Of a stretch of DNA of 55,598 bases, positions 36,294 through 44,521 are shown piece by piece. Source of the stretch: a virus (taxonomy: Duplodnaviria > Caudoviricetes); IMG/VR virus record IMGVR_UViG_3300005805_000113, positions 1 to 55,598 of that record. The stretch is one strand, 5' to 3'. The notes beneath the pieces were generated by a model. It was given only the letters and a program-made list of their open reading frames with translations. It was not told the DNA's origin and searched no databases. Numbering within the stretch: the stretch's first letter is position 1; each line of letters opens with the position of its first letter. A program made the translations under genes and the position numbers.

Positions 36294-36566
36294 ATGCCAA
36301 CGATTGATGTTTTGTATTTTTCGGCGCCGTGGTGCGCCCCGTGTAAGCGTCTCGCGCCTGTGATGGACAAGTTAGCCCACGAGTTTCCCGCGATCACGTT
36401 CAAGAAAATCAACGTGGACGATGAACGCGAGGCCGTCGAGCAGCATCAAATTCGCGGCGTGCCGACGTTAGTGGTGCTTCGTGATGGGGCGAAGGTTGAC
36501 ACCATTGTGGGGCCCGAATCCGAATCAGAACTTCGTGCTACGTTCACTGCGTTCGTCGAGTCCTAA
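36294..36566 (+). CDS. trxA: Thioredoxin
   Basis: FSAPWCAPCK, INVD, IRGVPT; AAGGAG RBS. Confidence 0.92.
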   Translation: MPTIDVLYFSAPWCAPCKRLAPVMDKLAHEFPAITFKKINVDDEREAVEQHQIRGVPTLVVLRDGAKVDTIVGPESESELRATFTAFVES

Positions 36567-36575
36567 ATATGGAGT

Positions 36576-37127
36576 ATGAAACATGGGTGGCTCGGCATTG
36601 ATTATTCCGTAACCTGTCCCGCACTCTGTGTGACGGATGGCACCACGCATCGGTGGTGGGTCAATTACAAACTCCACGGGAAACCCTATAAGGAACTCCC
36701 GAACGTGGAGTGGTCGCCTTCAACAACCGACGGCGAACTCCCGCGTTTTCTGGAACTCGCGGAGTGGGTCTCGCGAGTCGTGCGTGAAACACACCCACAG
36801 CACATCATTCTAGAAGACTATGCGTTCAGTCGTGCGGGTCGGTTGACGCAATTGGGTGAAAACGGCGGCATTCTCAAAGCGGAACTCTATCGTCAGCATC
36901 CGACGATTCCCCTCCATGTGGTCGCCCCGACGTCCATGAAAAAGTTTGCGACCGGCAAAGGGATTGCGACCAAAGAGGATGTGTGGGCGGCGTTTATCAA
37001 ACACGAACCCCACGCAGAACCGTGGGCGAAAATCTGTCATCCAAAGTCCGAGAAGATTACCAGCCCCGTCGCAGATATCGCGGATTCATATTTTCTGGCG
37101 CAGTATGGCCGCGCTCAATGGAGTTAG
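36576..37127 (+). CDS. RuvC-like Holliday junction resolvase
   Basis: GIDYS..CP, ILEDYA, GEN.GILK, P..MKKFATGKG.A.K, DIADS. Confidence 0.8.
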   Translation: MKHGWLGIDYSVTCPALCVTDGTTHRWWVNYKLHGKPYKELPNVEWSPSTTDGELPRFLELAEWVSRVVRETHPQHIILEDYAFSRAGRLTQLGENGGILKAELYRQHPTIPLHVVAPTSMKKFATGKGIATKEDVWAAFIKHEPHAEPWAKICHPKSEKITSPVADIADSYFLAQYGRAQWS

Positions 37128-37130
37128 ATA

Positions 37131-37457
37131 ATGGCAAAAACAATTTGGCGTGAACCGACCCCCGACGATCCTCGTCGCCGTATTACTCGCACCGAAGAAG
37201 AAAAGCGGGTGTGTGTGATGTATTTCCGCGTGAGTCGCCGCGAACTGGACGATATGTTTCGCTACGCACGATCACGGAAAGCCACGATGTCCTATTTTAT
37301 TCGTGAAGCTCTGATCGAAAAGTATCCCGAGATTTTTGCGGATATGAATCGTCATATCAAGAAGCCGCGCAAGAAGCCGCTAGAGGTTGAAAAGCCGGCG
37401 CGGATTCTCAAGTCGCTTGCGGACGGCAACGTCAAAGTCGTCGATTCCGACACCTAG
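37131..37457 (+). CDS. Probable ribbon-helix-helix DNA-binding protein
   Basis: MYFRVSRRELDDMFRYA...TMSYFIREAL. Confidence 0.6.
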   Translation: MAKTIWREPTPDDPRRRITRTEEEKRVCVMYFRVSRRELDDMFRYARSRKATMSYFIREALIEKYPEIFADMNRHIKKPRKKPLEVEKPARILKSLADGNVKVVDSDT

Positions 37458-37464
37458 TTGTGTA

Positions 37465-38091
37465 TTATGTGCTTGATTTTATAGTAACACTGGGAGCCAG
37501 TATTCGTTTCATGCGCGAATGCAGCTTACGAGTTCTCACTCTCTTTGCAATAGTTTCAGAGGAAAATGTTTTGCCTTTCATTGCTGCGCTTATTTTGGCT
37601 CTCGCTTCTTCAGTAAGCGGTCTCCCGTATTGTGGATTTTTTTCACCAGATAAAGCTGCGCTCAACTTGGCTCGAAATTCGTCTGAAAATTTTTTGCCAT
37701 AATTAGGGGCCTTTTTTCCCGTCTTACCGTGCATTGGGTTATTCTCTCCCGACTTGGCCGCACGCAACTTCGCTCGTGTCTCTTCACTCGGCACCCATCC
37801 TCTCATGCCCTCTCCACCTTCCGTCATATTATAGCCATGTTCCAATGTCTTCAGTTCCGATATCCAATAGATTTCGCGGACATTCACATCCTCGACGGTC
37901 GTGTGTTCCAATATCTCGCGGGTAAAGGCATCGGGTCCGTATTTACGGATGGCACGACACAGGTATTGGGGGTTCCCACGTCGAGCATACCGGCAATGCC
38001 GTCTCCACCGCTCATCCAGCCCGACACTGGTTTGACCGACGTATTGTTTTCCGTTGATGGTGTTGGTGAGGAGATAAATAATAGCAGACAT
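37465..38091 (-). CDS. GIY-YIG homing endonuclease with NUMOD3 repeats
   Basis: IIYLLTN.INGKQYVGQT...RW..H, REIYWI, GYNMTEGGEG, repeated SEETRAKLS. Confidence 0.92.
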   Translation of the reverse strand: MSAIIYLLTNTINGKQYVGQTSVGLDERWRRHCRYARRGNPQYLCRAIRKYGPDAFTREILEHTTVEDVNVREIYWISELKTLEHGYNMTEGGEGMRGWVPSEETRAKLRAAKSGENNPMHGKTGKKAPNYGKKFSDEFRAKLSAALSGEKNPQYGRPLTEEARAKISAAMKGKTFSSETIAKRVRTRKLHSRMKRILAPSVTIKSST

Positions 38092-38170
38092 AACGGCCTC
38101 CTTACAAGGTTGTTAGCGTTTAGGGCAAGTATGGGCTGGTACCCGTGCTTGCCCGTTCTACTATTATTTA
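38091..38170. promoter_or_regulatory. Conserved two-hairpin element plus minus-strand late promoter upstream of GIY-YIG gene (copy 1)
   Basis: 9-bp and 13-bp hairpins joined by GCGTTTA; TAAATA on minus strand at 38165-38170; second copy at 50410-50490. Confidence 0.7.
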
Positions 38171-38213
38171 GTATTTTACGTCTCGCAAAAAACCTGATAT
38201 ACTATTGTCAATT

Positions 38214-38287
38214 TGGGATGTGGTGTAACGGTAGCACAGAAGCCTTTGAAGCTTTTTGTTGGGGTTCGAATCCCTGCGTCCCAGCCA
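38214..38287 (+). tRNA. tRNA-Gln(TTG)
   Basis: Cloverleaf, loop CTTTGAA, encoded CCA. Confidence 0.92.
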
Positions 38288-38292
38288 ATTTT

Positions 38293-38378
38293 GCCCGCGT
38301 GGTGGAATGGCATACACGGTGGACTCAAAATCCACTGACGGCAACGTCATACTGGTTCAAGTCCAGTCGCGGGCACCA
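38293..38378 (+). tRNA. tRNA-Leu(CAA)
   Basis: Cloverleaf with long V-arm, loop CTCAAAA, CCA. Confidence 0.95.
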
Positions 38379-38391
38379 CTAAATATTGAAT

Positions 38392-38649
38392 ATGAAACTG
38401 AGTATGAAGCACAATAATGTAATTGCAGAGGAACAGCCGGCGTGGTGCTGTGATCCGTGTGGAAAACAGTATGGTCGGTGGTGGATTGATGAGCGGTATC
38501 AGGGGCCCGAACCCCATACCGCGACGTATCATATCGGTGTGTGTGACGTTTGCTTGAGACCCGACACCGCAGTTACGGAACCGAGGGACTTCGGATATTT
38601 ACGGCGAGCATGGAATAAAAAAATTCGATATGCACTTGGACGTGTCTAA
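38392..38649 (+). CDS. Small Cys-rich (zinc-finger-like) protein
   Basis: CDPC...CDVC...VTEPRDFGYL; ATG 6 nt after TAAATA. Confidence 0.6.
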   Translation: MKLSMKHNNVIAEEQPAWCCDPCGKQYGRWWIDERYQGPEPHTATYHIGVCDVCLRPDTAVTEPRDFGYLRRAWNKKIRYALGRV

Positions 38650-38665
38650 CTACTAGGAGTTGCAT

Positions 38666-39001
38666 ATGCGAGTACATCTCAAGAAGGTGATGCAGTCGGC
38701 CGTCGAGCAAGGCGTCGTCGTCGGCTATCATCGCATCGATAAGCTCCCCAAAAATAAACGCGCGAATACGGATGTGATGGTTGACACCATGCTCATGAGT
38801 ATTTGGGAATCATTGGATGGCATCATTGATTTTACAGATGACGGCGAGGAGACCGAATCCCAGAAAAAAATGATCGGGTTTCAGGCGGACGCCGTTAGTA
38901 TGATTCCTGCCATTTCCGAGGACGAGGCCGAGGCCGACGATGACGAGGACGACGATATCGTCCCGTTAGATACCCTGTATCGGGTGCATCGCCGGAAATA
39001 A
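38666..39001 (+). CDS. Hypothetical protein with acidic C-terminus
   Basis: AGGAG RBS, coding-like composition. Confidence 0.6.
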   Translation: MRVHLKKVMQSAVEQGVVVGYHRIDKLPKNKRANTDVMVDTMLMSIWESLDGIIDFTDDGEETESQKKMIGFQADAVSMIPAISEDEAEADDDEDDDIVPLDTLYRVHRRK

Positions 39002-39003
39002 GT

Positions 39004-39804
39004 ATGGGTCGTCGAATCTGTATACTCCTATTCGTGTTCCTGTTCGGCGCATCGACGACCGTATTCGCGCAGAGCGGCGATCCCAGTTGGGGCGTGTATC
39101 AAGTCACGGAGAACACTACCACGCCGTTATTGATCAACCGACCGGAAAGAGTTCGTCCTATCGCGAGTATCACAAAGCTCATGACAGGGTGGATCACTCT
39201 GACGTCACAACCCAGCCTGTCACAACTCGTCACCATCACAACGCAAGACACCCGCGACGCTTCGACCACCGTTCTTCGCAGCCGCGACCGTGTGTCGATA
39301 GAAACCCTCATCTATTTGATGTTGGTGAGTTCCGATAATGTGGCCGCACGGGCGCTCGCGCGTACCGTCGAAGGCACGCGTGACGCATTTGTTGCTCGAA
39401 TGAATCGCACCGCCGAACAATTATACATGGTGGATACCCACTATGCCGATCCCGCCGGTCTTCTTGCGGGTAATGTATCGACTGTCACTGACATCATACG
39501 ATTACTCGGGGCCGTGACCTCGACACCGCTGCTGTCGGACGCGTTTCACACACAAACATATACCGCAACAATCCAGCGCAATACTCGAACACACCGACTG
39601 ACCGTTCGCAACACCAATCGATTACTCGATGATTCGATGCATATTTCTAAAACTGGGTTTACCAGTGCGGCGGGATATTGCTTGGTGCAGTGGATTACCG
39701 CTCCCGAGCGTTCGTACGTGACCGTTGTGCTTGGGGCCCCATCAAAAGATTATCGTCTTGGATTGATGCAGGCACTTATGCAATTCATTCAACCCCGATA
39801 CTAA
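39004..39804 (+). CDS. Secreted D-Ala-D-Ala peptidase, family S11 (PBP5/PBP7-like)
   Basis: Signal peptide; ASITKLMT (SxxK), SDN (SxN), KTGFT (KTG). Confidence 0.9.
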   Translation: MGRRICILLFVFLFGASTTVFAQSGDPSWGVYQVTENTTTPLLINRPERVRPIASITKLMTGWITLTSQPSLSQLVTITTQDTRDASTTVLRSRDRVSIETLIYLMLVSSDNVAARALARTVEGTRDAFVARMNRTAEQLYMVDTHYADPAGLLAGNVSTVTDIIRLLGAVTSTPLLSDAFHTQTYTATIQRNTRTHRLTVRNTNRLLDDSMHISKTGFTSAAGYCLVQWITAPERSYVTVVLGAPSKDYRLGLMQALMQFIQPRY

Positions 39805-39807
39805 CCT

Positions 39808-40440
39808 ATGCATACCACGATTCATCATGGTGCGATTGTCCATGCGGCGTTCGACACACACAAAGAACTGATTCTCACCCTCTGTCGTCCGGCGGAATTT
39901 TATGAGTGTGCCAGTACGCGACTCCGCAATCGAGCGTTCTCGTTCGAGCAGTTGGTCGATTACTACATGCACGACGATGCCACACTCGACTATTACTGGT
40001 CGGGGTTCAATATTCCAAGTGCGTCCTTAGAACGGTTCTTTACGATGTTTGACTTGACGCCACGAGAACAACAGCTACGACAAATCACACACCCGCTGTC
40101 CGCGCGCCCCTATTATCTGATTGCAACCCGCACACACGATCGCGCGACGCTTCGACATGAATTGGCCCACGCCCATTTCAGTTTAAACCCGACCTATCGC
40201 AAGCACGCCACCGCATTGGTGCGGACGCTTCCACCACGCATTCATCACGCGATTACCCGTGAATTGAAAGCCTGGGGCTATGCATCCTCGGTCATGACCG
40301 ACGAAGTGAATGCCTACATGGCCACGAGTGGCGTGCGATGGTTGCAGTCGCAGTTTAGTAGGCAAATTACTGCCACACGCGTCGCACCGTTTGTAACATT
40401 ATTCAAATCTATTTCCAATATAGATACCTCATACGTGTGA
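39808..40440 (+). CDS. HExxH-containing hypothetical protein
   Basis: EFYE, WSGFNIP, RHELAHA, GY....DEVNAY. Confidence 0.65.
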   Translation: MHTTIHHGAIVHAAFDTHKELILTLCRPAEFYECASTRLRNRAFSFEQLVDYYMHDDATLDYYWSGFNIPSASLERFFTMFDLTPREQQLRQITHPLSARPYYLIATRTHDRATLRHELAHAHFSLNPTYRKHATALVRTLPPRIHHAITRELKAWGYASSVMTDEVNAYMATSGVRWLQSQFSRQITATRVAPFVTLFKSISNIDTSYV

Positions 40441-40498
40441 TATAATACTTCACAGACTACGTTCTTTGCCAAACAAATATTATGCTGAATGGACGTGG

Positions 40499-40572
40499 CC
40501 GCACGTAGCTCAATGGTAGAGCAGCACGTTTACACCGTGCCTATGGGAGTTCAATTCTCTCCGTGCGGACCA
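40499..40572 (+). tRNA. tRNA-Val(TAC)
   Basis: CCGCACG/CGTGCGG acceptor, loop TTTACAC, CCA. Confidence 0.9.
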
Positions 40573-40577
40573 GTAAT

Positions 40578-40661
40578 GCCGGATTGGTGGAATGGCATAC
40601 ACACCTGTTTTAGAGGCAGGCGCCGCAAGGCATACAGGTTCAAGTCCTGTATCCGGCACCA
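40578..40661 (+). tRNA. tRNA-Leu(TAG)
   Basis: Long V-arm, loop TTTAGAG, CCA. Confidence 0.92.
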
Positions 40662-40669
40662 GAATAGTT

Positions 40670-40746
40670 GGGGTTGTAGTTCAGTTGGTTAGAACGCCTG
40701 CCTGTCACGCAGGAGGTCGCGAGTTCGAGTCTCGTCAATCCCGCCA
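40670..40746 (+). tRNA. tRNA-Asp(GTC)
   Basis: Canonical cloverleaf, loop CTGTCAC, CCA. Confidence 0.95.
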
Positions 40747-40751
40747 GTTAT

Positions 40752-40825
40752 TGGGAGGTCGTTCAACGGTAGGACAGCAGACTCTGACTCTGCTTATCGG
40801 GGTTCGAATCCCTGCCTCCCAGCCA
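40752..40825 (+). tRNA. tRNA-Gln(CTG)
   Basis: Loop CTCTGAC, U1-A72, CCA. Confidence 0.95.
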
Positions 40826-40831
40826 GTTTTT

Positions 40832-40916
40832 GCCGGGTTCGCATAGTGGCGATTGCACCGCTCTTGTAAGGCGGCGAGGAAACTCCACGTCGGTTCGAGT
40901 CCGACACCCGGCTCCA
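40832..40916 (+). tRNA. tRNA-Thr(TGT) with long variable arm
   Basis: CCGCT/GGCGG stem, loop CTTGTAA, 14-nt V region with GAG-GAAA-CTC hairpin. Confidence 0.85.
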
Positions 40917-40922
40917 TTTTAT

Positions 40923-40997
40923 GCCGCTTAGGCTTAGAGAGCGAAGCACGGCATTGGTAATGCCGAGAGCAGGGTGCATGTCCCTGAAGCGGCTCCA
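40923..40997 (+). tRNA. tRNA-Thr(GGT), atypical D and T loops
   Basis: All four stems pair; loop TTGGTAA; T-loop TGCATGT, D-loop lacks GG. Confidence 0.75.
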
Positions 40998-41035
40998 GTA
41001 TGGAAGTGAAGACGTGTGGAACACTAAATACTTGC

Positions 41036-41614
41036 ATGGAAAACGCAAAGTCTAAAGTCTCCACAGAGTATGACGGGCAACGTCGCATCCTATATGAAAA
41101 GCAGTGCGCCGTGTGTGGCAATGCATTCTGGGTTCCGAAACATCGATTAACGCAATCGACATGTTCCTCGGTATGCCGCGGAAAATCTCGAAGAAATCGT
41201 GCATTAGTCATATGCACCAATTGTGGACAAGAATTTGAGCGTCCGATAAACAAATTGTCCGGCGTCAAACACGGGCATCACTTTTGTAGCCGTGCGTGTA
41301 AGGATGCTGCGCAAAAATTGACAGGTTCATGTCCAGATATTCGTCCCGCGCATTACGGCACCGCCAAAATACCGGATTATAGAAGTCTCGTCGCCGTCGA
41401 AGAGTGTGAACTCTGTAAGATAAACGAAACGTATCTTCTCGTTGTTCACCACGTCGATGGCAACAGAGAAAACAATAAGCGGGAAAACTTAAAGGTGTTG
41501 TGCTTCAATTGCCATGCACGTCATCATCTAGTTGAAAAGGCTGGTGCATGGCGCTATAATAGCTCTACACTTACACCGATAGAAAAATTGCAATCATTTG
41601 GGGGCATCGTATAA
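41036..41614 (+). CDS. HNH endonuclease with zinc-ribbon repeats
   Basis: CxxC repeats, FCSRAC, LVVHHVDGNRENNKRENLKVLCFNCHARHH; ATG 5 nt after TAAATA. Confidence 0.85.
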   Translation: MENAKSKVSTEYDGQRRILYEKQCAVCGNAFWVPKHRLTQSTCSSVCRGKSRRNRALVICTNCGQEFERPINKLSGVKHGHHFCSRACKDAAQKLTGSCPDIRPAHYGTAKIPDYRSLVAVEECELCKINETYLLVVHHVDGNRENNKRENLKVLCFNCHARHHLVEKAGAWRYNSSTLTPIEKLQSFGGIV

Positions 41615-41674
41615 CGGGCATTACGTCGCGTTTGCACCGCGAAAATTTCAGTTCAATTCTGAATGTCTCCACCA
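41600..41674 (+). tRNA. tRNA-Ala(TGC)
   Basis: G3:U70 pair, loop TTTGCAC, CCA. Confidence 0.9.
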
Positions 41675-41681
41675 CCAGTTA

Positions 41682-41767
41682 GGCGAGGTAGCGAAGCGGT
41701 CAAACGCAGCAGACTGTAAATCTGTCGCCTTAGGGCTTCGGAGGTTCGAATCCTTCTCTCGCCACCA
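41682..41767 (+). tRNA. tRNA-Tyr(GTA)
   Basis: Long V-arm, loop CTGTAAA, CCA. Confidence 0.95.
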
Positions 41768-41773
41768 CATTGT

Positions 41774-41849
41774 TGGGATGTAGCCAAGTTGGTAAGGCAC
41801 CTGACTATTAATCAGGCTATCGTAGGTTCGACTCCTACCGTCCCAGCCA
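41774..41849 (+). tRNA. tRNA-Asn(ATT)
   Basis: CCTGA/TCAGG stem, loop CTATTAA, U1-A72, G73, CCA. Confidence 0.88.
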
Positions 41850-41857
41850 AAATTTAT

Positions 41858-41933
41858 GCGAATGTAGCTTAATTGGCAGAGCGCCGCCTTGCCAAGGCGG
41901 AGGTTGTCGGATCGTTGCCGATCATTCGCTCCA
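41858..41933 (+). tRNA. tRNA-Gly(GCC)
   Basis: Loop TTGCCAA, U73, atypical T-loop ATCGTTG. Confidence 0.88.
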
Positions 41934-41981
41934 TTTGTGCGTGGGGGTGAGGTAGAACCTCACCCTTCACTAAATAGATGT

Positions 41982-42509
41982 ATGTTCTATATCATCTATA
42001 AAATCACACACAACGCATCCGGAAAACAATATATTGGTAAACATCAAACCAAAGATGTGAATGATGGTTATATGGGGTCTGGTAAACTTTTACGACTTGC
42101 CATAGAAAAATACGGGCGAGATTCATTCAGTAAAGTAGTTCTTCACATATTTGACAATGAAAATGATATGAATGCCAAAGAGCGTGAATTGGTGACCGAA
42201 GAATTTTGCCAAAGAAAAGACACGTATAACTTATGTGAAGGTGGTAAAGGTGGATTTGGATATATCAATCAAAGTGGAATACCAAAATTCACAGGAAACC
42301 ACTCACAGCAAACAAGAGAAAAAATTAGTCAAGCAATGAGCGGAAAGGTGCGCCGCCCGTTATCCGAAGAGACTAAGAAAAAAATTAGCGAATACAAAAA
42401 AGGAAAATCAAATCCGTCAGCAAAACAACCGAAAACTGAAGAAGTAAAAGAAAAAATAAGAAATTCAGTAAAAGAGTATTGGATGAAACGCAAAGCGGGG
42501 TTAACTTAA
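41982..42509 (+). CDS. GIY-YIG (Seg-like) homing endonuclease with NUMOD3
   Basis: YIIYKITH..SGKQYIGKHQT...DGYMGSGK, YNLCEGGKGG; ATG 5 nt after TAAATA. Confidence 0.9.
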   Translation: MFYIIYKITHNASGKQYIGKHQTKDVNDGYMGSGKLLRLAIEKYGRDSFSKVVLHIFDNENDMNAKERELVTEEFCQRKDTYNLCEGGKGGFGYINQSGIPKFTGNHSQQTREKISQAMSGKVRRPLSEETKKKISEYKKGKSNPSAKQPKTEEVKEKIRNSVKEYWMKRKAGLT

Positions 42510-42568
42510 CGGTAAAGTGGCAGCCTTCCAAGCTGTAGATGCCGGTTCGATTCCGGTACCCCGCTCCA
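42495..42568 (+). tRNA. tRNA-Gly(TCC)
   Basis: Loop CTTCCAA, U73, CCA. Confidence 0.92.
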
Positions 42569-42573
42569 TATAT

Positions 42574-42647
42574 CGCGCATGGGCCGGACGGTTAGGCAGA
42601 TGCCTGCAAAGCATCCAAACGCAGTTCAACTCTGCGATGCGCGTCCA
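42574..42647 (+). tRNA. tRNA-Cys(GCA)
   Basis: Loop CTGCAAA, U73, CCA. Confidence 0.9.
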
Positions 42648-42655
42648 CCACATTT

Positions 42656-42732
42656 CGGGGCGTAGCGTAGCCTGGTAACGCACCTGCTTTGGGAGCAGGG
42701 GATCGCTGGTTCGAATCCAGCCGTCCCGACCA
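42656..42732 (+). tRNA. tRNA-Pro(TGG)
   Basis: C1-G72, loop TTTGGGA, CCA. Confidence 0.95.
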
Positions 42733-42772
42733 TTCTGCATAATATAAAATTTTCGTCATCATAAGTAGAATT

Positions 42773-43312
42773 ATGGAACGCACATTATTATTGAATGCCA
42801 CCTACGAACCAATGGATGTTGTCAACTGGCAACGCGCCATGACCCTCTGGTGTCAGGGGAAAGTCGAAATCATCGAGACGCATGATCGCGAAGTACATGC
42901 GGTGACGTTTTCATTCAAGTTACCAGCCGTCGTGCGGCTACTTCGTGTTGTGCGTTTGCGCCGGCGCAGGGACGTCCGATTTACGCGGGCGAACATCTAT
43001 ACCCGAGATAACTATACATGTCAATATTGCGGCACCTCTTTCGCCACACAAGACTTGACCTTTGATCACGTCATACCCATGTCACGCGGGGGTAAGCGGA
43101 GTTGGGAAAATATCGTGACGTGCTGTATGCGATGCAATCGACGCAAAGGATCACATACCCCCAATGAAGTCGGCATGTCGCTGTTACGAACACCCACAAA
43201 GCCCGCCTATACGCCGATCTTTCGTATTACTGTTGGCATACGAAAAACGCCAGAAAGTTGGCGAGACTATTTGTATTGGTCCGCCGAACTTGAAAACGAT
43301 AACGAGGCATGA
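42773..43312 (+). CDS. HNH endonuclease (bacterial McrA-like type)
   Basis: LLLNATYEP, LPAVVRL, RD.YTCQYCG, LTFDHVIP.SRGG..SWENIVTCC..CN. Confidence 0.9.
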   Translation: MERTLLLNATYEPMDVVNWQRAMTLWCQGKVEIIETHDREVHAVTFSFKLPAVVRLLRVVRLRRRRDVRFTRANIYTRDNYTCQYCGTSFATQDLTFDHVIPMSRGGKRSWENIVTCCMRCNRRKGSHTPNEVGMSLLRTPTKPAYTPIFRITVGIRKTPESWRDYLYWSAELENDNEA

Positions 43313-43343
43313 GATACGTGTTGCGTCCAGTCTAAATACCCAC

Positions 43344-44387
43344 ATGAAGTTGCTGCTCCTATCTTTATGCGGGCGAGACAACGAAGACGAAGATGTCTCC
43401 TACCTCAATCTGTATCTCGCCTCGCTTCGTCGTCATGTCATTCCACATTTCGATACCCGCGTCATTTTGTTCAGCACCTTTAATGCAACCACGAAAACAC
43501 AAGCTCGCGTGAACGCATTCGGGTTAGGTGAGCAGGTGCGTGTATATGGGTATAATGATATCGGTCTGCCAGCAGAAACCGCTGAGTTTTTGCGCAACAA
43601 AGTATCCTACTTTCCGAAAATTGGACTCAACATGAATTTGTTGTTTGACTATGCACAGCAACATAATTTTTTTGAGGCGGATTGGATTTTTCATACCGAT
43701 ACCGATATTGAATTTTTGGAAAACTTTGCGCCGCATATAACAGCATTGCAAGGCATGACTGCGGTAAACCCAAAAATTTTAGTATCGTGCGCCGGAGATA
43801 CCTACTTACATAATTTTCGATACAGAGAACAAGAATATATTTTCAATTATCCGCCGCGATGGAATGCGTATACCGAGCCCCCGCCAACACCGTTCGAACA
43901 GTTATTTCTCTTTGCCATAACCCGTCGGCCAGAACCACGGCAACATCCGTTCGATCAGGAACATCGTCTTGTGTTTAATGCGAAGAGTGTCAAGGTTCGC
44001 AATGATTTTGTCGGTCTGAGCCGCGCATTGGCGAATACGCAGGTATTAAATTGGGCGCATACGTATTCTCCACTGGCCACGCGTGGCGTTCCTGATAGCA
44101 GCCCCGATATGGCGGCACTCCAAGAGTTATGGAACGAACATCATCGTGGCAGTAATTTACCACTGGAACTCCAACTCAATGAAGACAAAGGGTCTTCTAT
44201 TTTATATTGGCTTAAACACGGAACACACGACGTAACATGGGTCCAACTACGCGGATACCGAGATATGGCCAATCATTATTCGGCTGGCTGGGGCGGAAAT
44301 AACAATTTTAGCCATCGAGCAATAGCAACCTTGCGACGAGAGTATAGCGATACGGAACATATTTGGGCGGCTGATTATCCAACATAG
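43344..44387 (+). CDS. Possible GT-A glycosyltransferase
   Basis: WIFHTDTDIEF DxD-like motif; ATG 5 nt after TAAATA. Confidence 0.5.
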   Translation: MKLLLLSLCGRDNEDEDVSYLNLYLASLRRHVIPHFDTRVILFSTFNATTKTQARVNAFGLGEQVRVYGYNDIGLPAETAEFLRNKVSYFPKIGLNMNLLFDYAQQHNFFEADWIFHTDTDIEFLENFAPHITALQGMTAVNPKILVSCAGDTYLHNFRYREQEYIFNYPPRWNAYTEPPPTPFEQLFLFAITRRPEPRQHPFDQEHRLVFNAKSVKVRNDFVGLSRALANTQVLNWAHTYSPLATRGVPDSSPDMAALQELWNEHHRGSNLPLELQLNEDKGSSILYWLKHGTHDVTWVQLRGYRDMANHYSAGWGGNNNFSHRAIATLRREYSDTEHIWAADYPT

Positions 44388-44407
44388 TGTGCTATACTCT
44401 TACTCAT

Positions 44408-44500
44408 GCACCCGTAGTGTAATGGTCAGCACCCGAGGCTTATAACCTCGCAGCTCTAGATTGGGGCGGAGTCTTGGTTCGAATCCAAGCGGGTGTACCA
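44408..44500 (+). tRNA. tRNA-Ile(TAT) with long variable arm
   Basis: CGAGG/CCTCG stem, loop CTTATAA, 22-nt V region, A73, CCA; own TGCTATACT -10 box upstream. Confidence 0.85.
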
Positions 44501-44521
44501 ATCTTTGTTCTAAATACTCAT

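Noticed and set aside
40489-42801. Small ORFs overlapping the tRNA cluster, and 5' extensions of 41000-41614, 41889-42509, 43164-44387 and 44474-45466
   Set aside because: They overlap tRNA genes or upstream CDSs; better starts follow TAAATA promoters
39004-43312. Specific host assignment from the host-like S11 peptidase and McrA-like HNH (impression of Acidobacteriota)
   Set aside because: Based only on recollection of similar sequences; it needs a BLAST or phylogenetic test
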